A stretch of DNA of 58,008 nt, the filler included, from an uncultured Myxococcia bacterium (GTDB taxonomy: Bacteria > CAZTWC01), in NCBI GenBank assembly GCA_964617105.1. It is 3 parts of 3 records of this genome, joined end to end, with 100 filler letters (N's around TTAATTAATTAA, not from the genome) between each part and the next. Parts side by side here need not be neighbours in the genome. Positions count along the whole stretch, not along the records: positions 19,658 to 38,825 come from CAZTWC010000039.1; positions 38,926 to 58,008 come from CAZTWC010000040.1; 1 more part is not named here. One strand, given 5' to 3'. Below the pieces are notes generated by a model. That model was not told where the DNA came from. It saw nothing but the letters and a program-made list of their open reading frames with translations, and did not search any database. Within the stretch, counting starts at the first letter, position 1, and each line of letters begins with the position of its first letter. The position numbers were made by a program, and so were the translations under genes. Below are positions 29,989-39,374 of this stretch, piece after piece.

Positions 29989-31932
29989 TTATTGGAAATA
30001 TTTATTTAGCCAGAGATGGAGGTTTACCACCATCCAGATTTTCAACTCTCCATTGTTGTGGCTTTGGACATCAAGCCATGAGCGCAGGTTATCTGGGTTA
30101 AAACAATACTCAGTCAAGGGATTTTTAAATAGCATATTCTTGATATTACCGATCTGTTCCGGTCCAAACCAACGTTGTAAAGGAACCGGAAAGGCAAATT
30201 TGTTTCGCTGAAAGATTTCCTGGGGAAGTTTGTCCTGAAAACTTTTTCTAAGGATATATTTGGTATAATCAAGATTTTGGGAAATTTCGGTGCTGTTATG
30301 GCTCCAGGCGGCGAGCCGGTCATCTTCGCTTTTCCATTTCATTTTGTATTTAACCGGCATGTTGAAGACAAATTCCACCAGTTCATGATCGCAATATGGC
30401 ACCCGTCCCTCAACCGATGCAGCCATGGTAGAGGTGTCCAGTCGGTGTAGCAGTCCTTCCAGATGGATTTTTTCCAGTATATATATGTATTTATCATAAT
30501 GGTTAAGATCTTTAACTTCCTTGAACTGCTGGTCCCAAAAATTGAAGAATTGTTTGTCTTCATCCAATTGGGATTTGAACTCATTGGAGAGGATAGAATT
30601 TTTATCGGCAAAATTTAACCAGGAGTAAAGCACTAAAAAGAAGTCCACTTCGCTGTCAAAGAAAAAATAACTGTAACGTCTACGGATGGCTGCCATCATT
30701 TTATCCTGTTGATCCTGGGAGAAAAAGTTGGGACAGCGGGTGACAAAACGAGCCATTTCGTAATCAAAAGGCGCCCGGTTTAACATTCCATAACCAGCGA
30801 ACAACTCGTCGGCCCCCTCTCCAGACAAAACAACTGTAATATCTTTTTTCAACTGCTTGGAAAGTACATGTAGTGGAACTTCGTTGGCAACCGCCAAAGG
30901 GAGGTCTTTGTATTCAATTAAGTCTTCCAATACTTCCATGTATTGGGAGAGTCCCATTACCACCTCTTGGTGATCAGTTTTGTAGCGTTCTACCATTAGC
31001 CGGGAGAATTCAAATTCACTGGTGCCGTCATCGTACCCAACGCTAAAAGTTTTTAGTTTGTCTCCAACCCCGCGTTCCTGCAGTATTTCACTCATCAAAG
31101 ATACAATGATGCTGGAATCCAGGCCACCGCTCAGATATGCGCCCAGGGGCACATCACTTATCATTCTTCGCTGCACCGATTTTTTTAACAAATCGCGCGT
31201 TGTTTCCAGGTAATAGTCTTCACCCAGGTCCTTTTTATCGTTGTCAGGCACCAGGGGGATTTTCCAGTATTGGCGTTTGTGGAGATCACCGCTTTTGTCT
31301 ATGGTCAAGAAATATCCCGGGGGAACCATATAAATACCCTTAAACAGGGTTTCTTCATCCTGGTAGATTCTAAAACAGGAGAGGTAGGTTGAGATTGCCG
31401 GCGGATTGGGGCGGGGAGCAACCTGGGGATGTTTTAACAGGGCTTTGATTTCCGATGCAAAAAGAAAATCTGTGCCCCCCATCTGGGTCCAAAACAAAGG
31501 TTTTATTCCAAGCCTGTCCCTGGCGATTACCAGTTTTTGTTCTCTTTTATCCCACAGCCCCAGAGCAAACATGCCGTTCAGTTTAGAGAGAAAATCGAGT
31601 CCATATTCCTGGTAACAGTAAATGATCACTTCGGTATCGGAATTAGTCTGGAATTGGTGTCCCCGTTTTTCTAACTCTTCTCGCAACTCCAGGTAATTGT
31701 AAATTTCGCCATTAAAGGTTATCCAGATTTGTCCCTCATGGTCGCTCATTGGCTGCTGACCGCTCTCCAGGTCGATTATCTCTAAGCGGCGGTGGCCGAA
31801 TGCTATGCCTCCATCAAAGTAATAACCGCTGTCATCCGGTCCCCGGTGAGTCATGGAATCGGTCATCTCTTTTAGGAGTTTTTGTTCGATATTTTTTCCC
31901 TGGTTGGAAAAGAATCCTACAATACCACACAT
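29989..31932 (-). CDS. asnB: Asparagine synthase (glutamine-hydrolysing)-family amidotransferase
   Basis: MCGI, HRGPD, NGEIYN, RDRLGIKPL, LSGGLDSS, SGEGADELFAGY, EGRVPY. Confidence 0.92.
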   Translation of the reverse strand: MCGIVGFFSNQGKNIEQKLLKEMTDSMTHRGPDDSGYYFDGGIAFGHRRLEIIDLESGQQPMSDHEGQIWITFNGEIYNYLELREELEKRGHQFQTNSDTEVIIYCYQEYGLDFLSKLNGMFALGLWDKREQKLVIARDRLGIKPLFWTQMGGTDFLFASEIKALLKHPQVAPRPNPPAISTYLSCFRIYQDEETLFKGIYMVPPGYFLTIDKSGDLHKRQYWKIPLVPDNDKKDLGEDYYLETTRDLLKKSVQRRMISDVPLGAYLSGGLDSSIIVSLMSEILQERGVGDKLKTFSVGYDDGTSEFEFSRLMVERYKTDHQEVVMGLSQYMEVLEDLIEYKDLPLAVANEVPLHVLSKQLKKDITVVLSGEGADELFAGYGMLNRAPFDYEMARFVTRCPNFFSQDQQDKMMAAIRRRYSYFFFDSEVDFFLVLYSWLNFADKNSILSNEFKSQLDEDKQFFNFWDQQFKEVKDLNHYDKYIYILEKIHLEGLLHRLDTSTMAASVEGRVPYCDHELVEFVFNMPVKYKMKWKSEDDRLAAWSHNSTEISQNLDYTKYILRKSFQDKLPQEIFQRNKFAFPVPLQRWFGPEQIGNIKNMLFKNPLTEYCFNPDNLRSWLDVQSHNNGELKIWMVVNLHLWLNKYFQ

Positions 31933-31933
31933 A

Positions 31934-33469
31934 TTATTCCCCTTCTCTTGGTTGAGATGAGTATTTTAACATTGGATTACGAGCGGCAAAAGTCTCATCA
32001 ACTCTTTTTACCACGGTTTTGTGCGGCTGGCCAATCACCTTTTTTGGGTCATTTTCAGCCATTTGAGCAATTTCAATCAAGGCAGAGGCAAAAGCATCTA
32101 TCTCTTGTTTACTTTCAGTTTCAGTTGGCTCAATCATCAGGGCGCCATCCACATTGATGGGAAAATAAATCGTTGGCGGGTGAAAACCACACTCAATCAA
32201 GGCTTTGGCTATCTCCATAGTGGTGACTTTATTATCTTTTTGGTTTTTATGGGTAAAAACACATTCGTGCATACAAGTTCCAGGAAAGGGAAGGTGGTAG
32301 TAAGGTTTTAAAATCGTCATCAGGTAGTTGGCATTTAAAACCGCCATTTGAGCCGCTTGCCGTAAATGTTTATATCCCATCTCCCGAATGTAGGTATAGG
32401 CCTTGACCATCACTCCGAAATTACCGTAAAAAGAACGCATTTTGCCGATAGATAGAGGGCGGTCATAATTGAGCCGCAGATAGTCTTTGCGGTCCTTTTC
32501 AACTATTGGTACCGGCAGAAAGGGGGCGAGTTCCTTTTTTACGCAAACCGGGCCTGAACCAGGTCCGCCGCCTCCGTGGGGGGTGGAAAAGGTTTTATGA
32601 AGATTCAATTGAACTACATCAAACCCCATGTCTCCTGAACGGGCAATTCCCATGATGGCATTAAGGTTGGCTCCATCACCATAGAGCAGGCCTCCTTTAG
32701 CGTGGACAATTTGCGCTGCTTTGACAATATCTTTTTCAAAAATTCCCAGGGTGTTTGGATTAGTGATCATCAAGGCTGCTACCGTTTCATCCATGGCTTT
32801 TTCCAGGTCATCCAGACTAATGCAGCCATCCTGCCGGGATTGTACTTTTTTTGTTTTGAATCCACAAAGAGCGCTGGAAGCCGGGTTCGTGCCGTGGGCC
32901 GTATCCGGAATAAGCACGGTTTCCCGGTTTTCACCGCTTTGATTCATAAAGGACTTAATCATCATTAATCCGCACAGTTCACCCTGTGCTCCAGCGGAGG
33001 GTTGTAGGCTTACAGCGTCAAAACCGCTTATCTGCGCCAGCAGACGTTCCAGGTCAAAGAGCAATCTCAAAGAACCCTGGCAAAAGATCTCCGGGGCCAG
33101 GGGGTGTTGGTCGGTAAAAAGTGGTATTCTGGAAACCGTTTCATTTACTTTGGGGTTGTACTTCATGGTGCAGGAGCCCAAAGGATAGAAGCCGCTGTCT
33201 ATTCCGTAATTCCATTGTGATAGGCGGGTAAAATGACGAACCACATCGATTTCACTGACCTCTGGAAAACCCGCCACCTCCTCTCGGCGGTATAGGGTTG
33301 GAAATTTTTGGGCCAACTCTTGCTCTCTTTCTAAAGAGAGAGGGGGAAAGATATCAGTGGTTCGGCCGGTACGGGAGCGTTGAAAAATCACCGCCTCTTT
33401 AAAGACCAAGCCGCTGATTCCCGGGGTTGTTTTTTTCGATTGTGATGAATTATTTACCTGGTTCTGCAA
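31934..33469 (-). CDS. gcvPB: Glycine decarboxylase P-protein subunit 2
   Basis: YPLGSCTMKYNP, AHGTNPAS, NLHKTFSTPHGGGGPG, IEPTETE. Confidence 0.97.
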   Translation of the reverse strand: MQNQVNNSSQSKKTTPGISGLVFKEAVIFQRSRTGRTTDIFPPLSLEREQELAQKFPTLYRREEVAGFPEVSEIDVVRHFTRLSQWNYGIDSGFYPLGSCTMKYNPKVNETVSRIPLFTDQHPLAPEIFCQGSLRLLFDLERLLAQISGFDAVSLQPSAGAQGELCGLMMIKSFMNQSGENRETVLIPDTAHGTNPASSALCGFKTKKVQSRQDGCISLDDLEKAMDETVAALMITNPNTLGIFEKDIVKAAQIVHAKGGLLYGDGANLNAIMGIARSGDMGFDVVQLNLHKTFSTPHGGGGPGSGPVCVKKELAPFLPVPIVEKDRKDYLRLNYDRPLSIGKMRSFYGNFGVMVKAYTYIREMGYKHLRQAAQMAVLNANYLMTILKPYYHLPFPGTCMHECVFTHKNQKDNKVTTMEIAKALIECGFHPPTIYFPINVDGALMIEPTETESKQEIDAFASALIEIAQMAENDPKKVIGQPHKTVVKRVDETFAARNPMLKYSSQPREGE

Positions 33470-33502
33470 CTCTTATCTCCTTTACACATTCCGGAATTGA
33501 GT

Positions 33503-34858
33503 CTAGGATGGGTTAGAAAGTTCTTCAGCCAATAATTCCAGATCTTTTGAACTGTGAATCTCGGTAAAATTAAGCAACAGACAGTTTTTTAATTCTGGAT
33601 AGTAATTGGTCAGAGGAAGCCCGGGAATAATATTTCGAGCCAGCAAACTAGGATAGGTAGATTCCAAATCACCATTGATTTCAACCGCCACTTCGTTAAA
33701 TTGCGGTGAAGTAAAGCGAGGTTTAATCCCCTTTTGGCCTAATATTTTAATCGCTTGCTCGGTTATATCTATATTAATGTAAGATAGATTTTTGAATCCG
33801 CTTTTGCCCAACATGCTCAAGTAAATGGTAGAGGTCAGGGCGCATAAATTTTGATTGGTGCATATATTGGAGGTGGCCTTCTCCCTCCTTATATGCTGCT
33901 CTCTGGTTGAAAGGGTTAAGGTATAGCAACTGTTATTTTCACAGTCTCTGGTACGACTCACTAGCCTGCCTGGTACTTGCCGCTTATACATATCTTTGGT
34001 GGCGAAAAATCCCAGGCCGGGACCGCCGAAGTTCAGTTTGTTTCCTAAAGATTGCCCCTCTCCAATTACAATATCAGCACCAAAATCACCTGGCGGGGTC
34101 AGAGCGCCCAGGGATAGTGGTTCTGGTACAGTTACCACCAGTAAAATATTATGCTTGACGCAGATCTCTTTTATCTCAGCCAGAGGTTCCAAACAGCCGA
34201 AAAAATTTGGGTAACTCACCACCAAAGCAATAACTTCACCATCCTCTTGTAGCCTGGCTTCTAGATGTTCCAGGTCCAGACAGCCTTTTTGGGTATGGTA
34301 ATCAACCGGCTGGAGGGGGATATCCTGAAAATTAAAATAGGTCTGGCAAGTTTGCCTGTACTCTGGATGAAGAGAAGAAGCCACCAGTATCCGTTTTCCC
34401 TTTTTCTTTATTCTGCTGGCCATCAACAGGGCTTCGGCTGTGGCCGAGGCTCCATCATACATGGAAGCATTACTGATTTCCATGCCTGTTAGTGCACAGA
34501 TCAGGGATTGGAATTCGAACATAGCCTGTAGAGTTCCTTGACTGACTTCTGGTTGGTAAGGAGTGTAGGCGCTGTAAAATTCAGACCTTGACAGCAGGTG
34601 ATCCACTGCGCTGGGGCAAAAATGGTGATAGTACCCGGCCCCTAAAAAAGAGAGGTAATTCTTTGGGTCTATATTTTTCCCGGCCAAAGCCTGCATCTCT
34701 TTGAGCAGTTCCATCTCATAAAGGGGCTCTGGCATGGGCAGGGGTTCTTTAAGTTTTAAATGATCTGGTATACTGGAGAAAAGATCGTCTATTGAGTCAA
34801 CGCCGATTTTATCCAGCATTTGTCGTGTATCTTCACTGGTGTGGGGGATATAACGCAT
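33503..34858 (-). CDS. gcvPA: Glycine decarboxylase P-protein subunit 1
   Basis: MRYIPHT, YTPYQPEVSQG, NASMYDGA, TREQHIRREKATSNIC. Confidence 0.97.
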   Translation of the reverse strand: MRYIPHTSEDTRQMLDKIGVDSIDDLFSSIPDHLKLKEPLPMPEPLYEMELLKEMQALAGKNIDPKNYLSFLGAGYYHHFCPSAVDHLLSRSEFYSAYTPYQPEVSQGTLQAMFEFQSLICALTGMEISNASMYDGASATAEALLMASRIKKKGKRILVASSLHPEYRQTCQTYFNFQDIPLQPVDYHTQKGCLDLEHLEARLQEDGEVIALVVSYPNFFGCLEPLAEIKEICVKHNILLVVTVPEPLSLGALTPPGDFGADIVIGEGQSLGNKLNFGGPGLGFFATKDMYKRQVPGRLVSRTRDCENNSCYTLTLSTREQHIRREKATSNICTNQNLCALTSTIYLSMLGKSGFKNLSYINIDITEQAIKILGQKGIKPRFTSPQFNEVAVEINGDLESTYPSLLARNIIPGLPLTNYYPELKNCLLLNFTEIHSSKDLELLAEELSNPS

Positions 34859-34865
34859 GTTAAGC

Positions 34866-35255
34866 CTACTCTTCTTCTTCCTGAATATATTTTTGGTATT
34901 GTTCAGCGGATAGTAGGGAGTCTATCTCTTTCATGTTGCTATAGGTTATTTTGAGCAGCCAGCCTTCATCGTAGGGATCCTGGTTGATAATAGCCGGGTC
35001 CTCAACCACCGGGGAGTTGATCTCGGTTACAACACCAGAAACCGGGGCGAGAAGGTCACTCACGGTTTTTACTGACTCCACCACCCCAAAAGAATCTCCT
35101 TGAGCGACTTCAACGCCCTCTTCCGGCAACTCTACGTAAACAATATCCCCCAGGTGTTCCTGGGCGTAATCTGTAAGTCCAACTATCCCAGATTGGCCTT
35201 CAATCCGTAGCCATTCGTGGTCGTTGGTATATTTTAAATCATTAATAACGTTCAT
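34866..35255 (-). CDS. gcvH: Glycine cleavage H protein
   Basis: YTNDHEW, LGDIVYV, lipoyl-Lys VESVKTV, DPYDEGW. Confidence 0.97.
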   Translation of the reverse strand: MNVINDLKYTNDHEWLRIEGQSGIVGLTDYAQEHLGDIVYVELPEEGVEVAQGDSFGVVESVKTVSDLLAPVSGVVTEINSPVVEDPAIINQDPYDEGWLLKITYSNMKEIDSLLSAEQYQKYIQEEEE

Positions 35256-35272
35256 TATTCTCCTCCAAAAAA

Positions 35273-36376
35273 TTAATTTTTATAAAAGGGCGGTTTGATG
35301 ATTTTACAGGGGACCATCCGTTTTCTAACAGCCACCTTGATAACTGTACCTTCTTTTGCCAGAGATGACTTTACATAACCTATGCCAATTGGATGTTTTA
35401 AAGAAGGTGACATGGTTCCGCTGGTAACTATTCCTATTTTACTCTGTTCTTGGGCATCAAACAGTTCATAACCCTGCCTGGGGATACCCTTCTCTAGAGG
35501 GATAAAACAAACCAGTTTACGGTCGGGGCCCTCTTTTTTTACTTTTTTTAAGGCATCTCTTCCGATAAAGTCATCTTTTTTAGTTTTTACTGCCCAACTA
35601 AGCCCTGCTTCGATCGGATTGGTTTCCTCCCAGATATCATTACCATATAAAGGATACTTAACCTCCATGCGCAAAGTGTCTCTGGCTCCCAAACCTATGG
35701 GTTGTATATGGTATTTTTGTCCTATTTCCAGAACCTGGTTCCAAAAAGGTAATCCTTTTTCTTCCGGAAGGTAGATCTCAAAACCATCTTCACCAGTGTA
35801 CCCGGTTCGCGAAATAATAATTTGAGCATCCCTAAAGTCAGTAGTTTTGGCTTTAAACGGAGCCAGTGACTCTATGATGCGGGGAAAAATGTTAGTCAAC
35901 AATGGGGCGGCATTGGGACCTTGCACTGCTATCTGGGCGAATTTGTCACTGCTGTTTTCTATTTGGCAGTTACCCAGGTTATTCTCTTTGATCCACTGGA
36001 AATCTTTTTCTGCATTGGAGGCGTTGAGGCAAAACAGAAAATGTTCAACCCCCAGTTTATATACCAGCAGATCGTCCACAATACCCCCGTTAGGATAGCA
36101 CATAGGGGCATAGAGCACATCACCAACTTTCATTTTGTTGGTGTTATTGGTAACCAGGTTTCTTACGGTTTCAGGAGCGCCTTGGCCCCTAAATTCCACT
36201 TCTCCCATGTGGCTTACATCAAATAACCCCACTTTTTGTCTGACCACCAGGTGTTCCTCTATTATATTGCTAAATTGCACTGGCATGGCCCAACCGTGGA
36301 AGTTGACCACTTTGGGACTGAATTGTTTATAACCGGGATAGATTGGCGTTTGTTTTATTTCGGTTTTAATATTCAT
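35273..36376 (-). CDS. gcvT: Glycine cleavage aminomethyltransferase T
   Basis: FHGWAMP, FDVSHMG, RTGYTGEDGFE, GLGARDTLRME. Confidence 0.97.
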   Translation of the reverse strand: MNIKTEIKQTPIYPGYKQFSPKVVNFHGWAMPVQFSNIIEEHLVVRQKVGLFDVSHMGEVEFRGQGAPETVRNLVTNNTNKMKVGDVLYAPMCYPNGGIVDDLLVYKLGVEHFLFCLNASNAEKDFQWIKENNLGNCQIENSSDKFAQIAVQGPNAAPLLTNIFPRIIESLAPFKAKTTDFRDAQIIISRTGYTGEDGFEIYLPEEKGLPFWNQVLEIGQKYHIQPIGLGARDTLRMEVKYPLYGNDIWEETNPIEAGLSWAVKTKKDDFIGRDALKKVKKEGPDRKLVCFIPLEKGIPRQGYELFDAQEQSKIGIVTSGTMSPSLKHPIGIGYVKSSLAKEGTVIKVAVRKRMVPCKIIKPPFYKN

Positions 36377-36388
36377 CTGCCTGCTCTT

Positions 36389-37231
36389 TTATAGTCTTTG
36401 GGCTGCTGCTTTTACAGTATTTGCCAACAACATAGTAATGGTCATGGGGCCAACTCCTCCTGGAACCGGAGTGATAGCCAGTGCTCTTTGGGCTGCTTCT
36501 TGAAATTGCACATCGCCTACTACCCGGTCATCCACTCTATTAATGCCTACATCTATGACCACCGCTCCCGGTTTAATCCATTCCCCTTTTATAAAATAGG
36601 GCCTGCCAATGGCTGCTACCAGGATATCCGCATCCCTTACTTTTTTGTCCAGGTCTTTGGTTCGGGAATGGCAAATAGTACAAGTGGCATTTTTTTCCAT
36701 AAGCATGGCAGCCATGGGTTTGCCCACAATATTGCTGCGTCCCACAATAACTGCCTCTTTTCCCTGGATATCATAATTGATATGCTCCAACATAGCCATA
36801 ATTCCGGCCGGAGTACAGGGCCGCAGAGCAGGGATACCTTGAATCAGGCATCCAGTATTGTATGGATGAAGACCATCCACATCTTTTTGTGGAGAGATGG
36901 TTCTTAACACTTTGGCTTCATCAATTTGGGGTGGGAGAGGTAGTTGAACCAGGATGCCATGCACATCGGCGGTTTGGTTGTATTCCTCCACTGTTTCTAT
37001 CAAAGTTTCAGTAGAAAGATCTTCTGGCAGATGCAAAGTGTGGGATTGGATTCCGATTTTTTTGGCTGCTTTTTTTTTCAGTCTAACATATATTTTAGAG
37101 GCCGGGTTATCACCCACCAGGAGAACATTAAGTTTTGGATGAATACCTTTGGCCACCAGTTTTTCTACTTGAGTCTTAAGGTCTTTTTTTATTATTTTTC
37201 CAATTGCTTTACCGTCAATGATCTGTTCCAT
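36389..37231 (-). CDS. folD: Methylene-THF dehydrogenase/cyclohydrolase
   Basis: GILVQLPLP, KDVDG, PCTP, GRSNIVGKP, TPVPGGVGPMT. Confidence 0.98.
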   Translation of the reverse strand: MEQIIDGKAIGKIIKKDLKTQVEKLVAKGIHPKLNVLLVGDNPASKIYVRLKKKAAKKIGIQSHTLHLPEDLSTETLIETVEEYNQTADVHGILVQLPLPPQIDEAKVLRTISPQKDVDGLHPYNTGCLIQGIPALRPCTPAGIMAMLEHINYDIQGKEAVIVGRSNIVGKPMAAMLMEKNATCTICHSRTKDLDKKVRDADILVAAIGRPYFIKGEWIKPGAVVIDVGINRVDDRVVGDVQFQEAAQRALAITPVPGGVGPMTITMLLANTVKAAAQRL

Positions 37232-37236
37232 AAGAA

Positions 37237-38319
37237 TTACTCCTCATACATGGAAAGATTTTTTGTTTCACACTTTTTAGTGCTTTTTTTTCTTGTCTTT
37301 TTTATTTTACTCTTGCGAAGGTTCCTGTCAATAATTTCTGGTGTACCCTGCCAACTTTTTGTGTTAGAGCGATAAAAAGTCCGGCCATGGATTTTAGAAA
37401 AATTACTCCAATTAGAGGCCTGGGTAGATTGTTCGGAAAGAATACCAGTTATATTGGTTACTTTAGCGTCTATTTCGTCTAAAAAGTAAATCACCTGTGC
37501 TTCGGTAATGGAGGGGAGTTTTGGAGAACCATATTCATATTTGCCATGATGGCTGAGAATAATATGAAGAAAAATGGTTTTTAACTCCTCTGGGAAGTTG
37601 GTGATGCCGCTAACTTTTTCTTGGAACAGTTCGGCGCCAAGATACAGGTGACCCAGTAGTTTACCCTGGTCGGTATATTCAAATCCCATATCAATGGAAA
37701 TTTCAAAGATTTTGCCCATATCATGGAGAAAAGAACCGGCAATTAAAAGGTCGCCATTTAATTGAGGATAGAGTTGGGATATTTGGTGAGCCAACTTAAC
37801 CACATGAAGAGTATGAAAGAGCAAGCCTCCGATAAAATTGTGATGGATTTTTTTAGAAGCCGGAGAGTGTTTAAAGGCCTGGCAAAATTCGGAGTCTTCT
37901 AAAAATTGGTGGATTACTGACTTGACAAAAGGATTGGTTATATTGCCCAACAATTGCCGCATCTCTTTCCACATAGTTTCTACTGGAATGGGAGACTGGG
38001 GTAGAAAATTGATTACTTGATATTGCTCCTGTTGATCTGGGGACAGGTTAAAAATTTGTTCAATCTTTATTTGCCGGGTTCCCTGGTAATCGATTATTAC
38101 CCCTTTAACTTGAACGATATCTCCAGAGGCAATTTGTTTATCCAACTGGTCGGCCTGTTCCCAGATTTTTCCGTCAATATCTCCACTCTGATCACCCAGG
38201 GTTATATTAAGGTATGGTTTTCCGGCTCTGGTGAGGGCAATAGACTTACCCTTCAGCAGCAATGGCTGGTTAATTGAGGCAGATACGGGCAAATTTTTTA
38301 GCAACGATTTATTTTTCAT
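37237..38319 (-). CDS. YhaM/Cbf1-family OB-fold + HD-domain 3'-5' exoribonuclease
   Basis: LGDQSGDIDGKIW, IHHNFIGGLLFH, LHDMGK, LLGHL, SHHG..YGSP; start uncertain. Confidence 0.88.
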   Translation of the reverse strand: MKNKSLLKNLPVSASINQPLLLKGKSIALTRAGKPYLNITLGDQSGDIDGKIWEQADQLDKQIASGDIVQVKGVIIDYQGTRQIKIEQIFNLSPDQQEQYQVINFLPQSPIPVETMWKEMRQLLGNITNPFVKSVIHQFLEDSEFCQAFKHSPASKKIHHNFIGGLLFHTLHVVKLAHQISQLYPQLNGDLLIAGSFLHDMGKIFEISIDMGFEYTDQGKLLGHLYLGAELFQEKVSGITNFPEELKTIFLHIILSHHGKYEYGSPKLPSITEAQVIYFLDEIDAKVTNITGILSEQSTQASNWSNFSKIHGRTFYRSNTKSWQGTPEIIDRNLRKSKIKKTRKKSTKKCETKNLSMYEE

Positions 38320-38825
38320 AATCCAAAAATTAAACATAAATTTTTCCGATTGGCAAGGGTAGAAAGCCAATCAATGATTTTAGGCTAAAAAAAAAAATCA
38401 TAAAGTCGATCATTTTTATTAAATATTTTCTGAAATAATCCGATATAAGTAGTAGATAGACAAAAAATACTGTTTCTGAATTTACTGTAGAAAGGAAGTT
38501 AATAGTCTCAAATTAAAATTAAAATTGCCGTTGCGCTCACACTGAATCTCACGCTGTTTTTGCGACCCGCTCCTGCTCCCGGCTGAACCTCAAGTTAGTT
38601 CTCCAGTTACCATTACTAATCGTTTTACCAGTTACAATTGTTGTTGATGCTGTTGCGGTTTCTGTGGATCCCACATGACTTGCCTATTTGGCATCTATTA
38701 TTTGTAGCCCAAAATATTTTTTACAAACTGATGTAACGCGGAGAATTTTACTCCTGCGATAATATATAAGTTTATATATTTTAATCAGATTGTATTCACC
38801 GTGCCAATTACCGGGGATGGTGCGA

Positions 38826-38925
38826 NNNNNNNNNNNNNNNNNNNNNNNNNNNNNNNNNNNNNNNNNNNNTTAATTAATTAANNNNNNNNNNNNNNNNNNN
38901 NNNNNNNNNNNNNNNNNNNNNNNNN
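38826..38925. other. Artificial contig linker (44 N + TTAATTAATTAA + 44 N)
   Basis: Six-frame stop 12-mer at 38870-38881 inside an N run. Confidence 0.97.
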
Positions 38926-39341
38926 ATTTTATGGCGTTCAATTTCCGTTGGCGCATTGACAGCCCTGGGATTAACAGCAATTCCCCCAAAGAAGTAATCA
39001 CGCAGGGCCTTGGCCGCTTCGTTCTGGTATACCTCCAATTTTGGCCGAATGTTTTCATTTACCCTTGAAGGCTCGATGGTTGCCAGCCACATAGGTAAAC
39101 AGTCGAGATGCACGCAGAAAGTCTCCTGTTTTCGGCCAATTNNNNNNNNNNGAACACAGTTCATCTGTGTTCGTGCCCATTTCTTCTTTTTTAATTTTTC
39201 TACCTGGCCGTGGGCTTGAAGTCCAAGTGATTCACACACCCGTTTGACAACAACCCACAAATCCAGACTATCTTTAAAAACCTCGATGTCATCACCCTGA
39301 AAATTAAATTTGACCATGCTGTTTTCCATTTTCTTCTCCAT
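38926..39341 (-). CDS. Phage antirepressor N-terminal (P22_AR_N-like) protein, 3'-truncated by contig edge, with a 10-N gap at 39142-39151
   Basis: VVVKRVCESLGL..Q..KL and LPMWLATIEPSRV..IRPKLEVYQNEAAKALRDYF..GIAVNPR. Confidence 0.8.
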
Positions 39342-39374
39342 TGCCGGTTATTGACAATCAAATTTACCCTCTAT

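Noticed and set aside
31934-37231. Physical linkage of gcv/folD with the purine cluster as one purinolytic or reductive glycine locus
   Set aside because: They are on different contigs, and gcv-folD clusters are common housekeeping arrangements
38400-38825. Riboswitch, ncRNA or gene upstream of the yhaM-folD-gcv run
   Set aside because: No glycine or THF riboswitch consensus was recognisable by eye; only short ORFs next to a contig end
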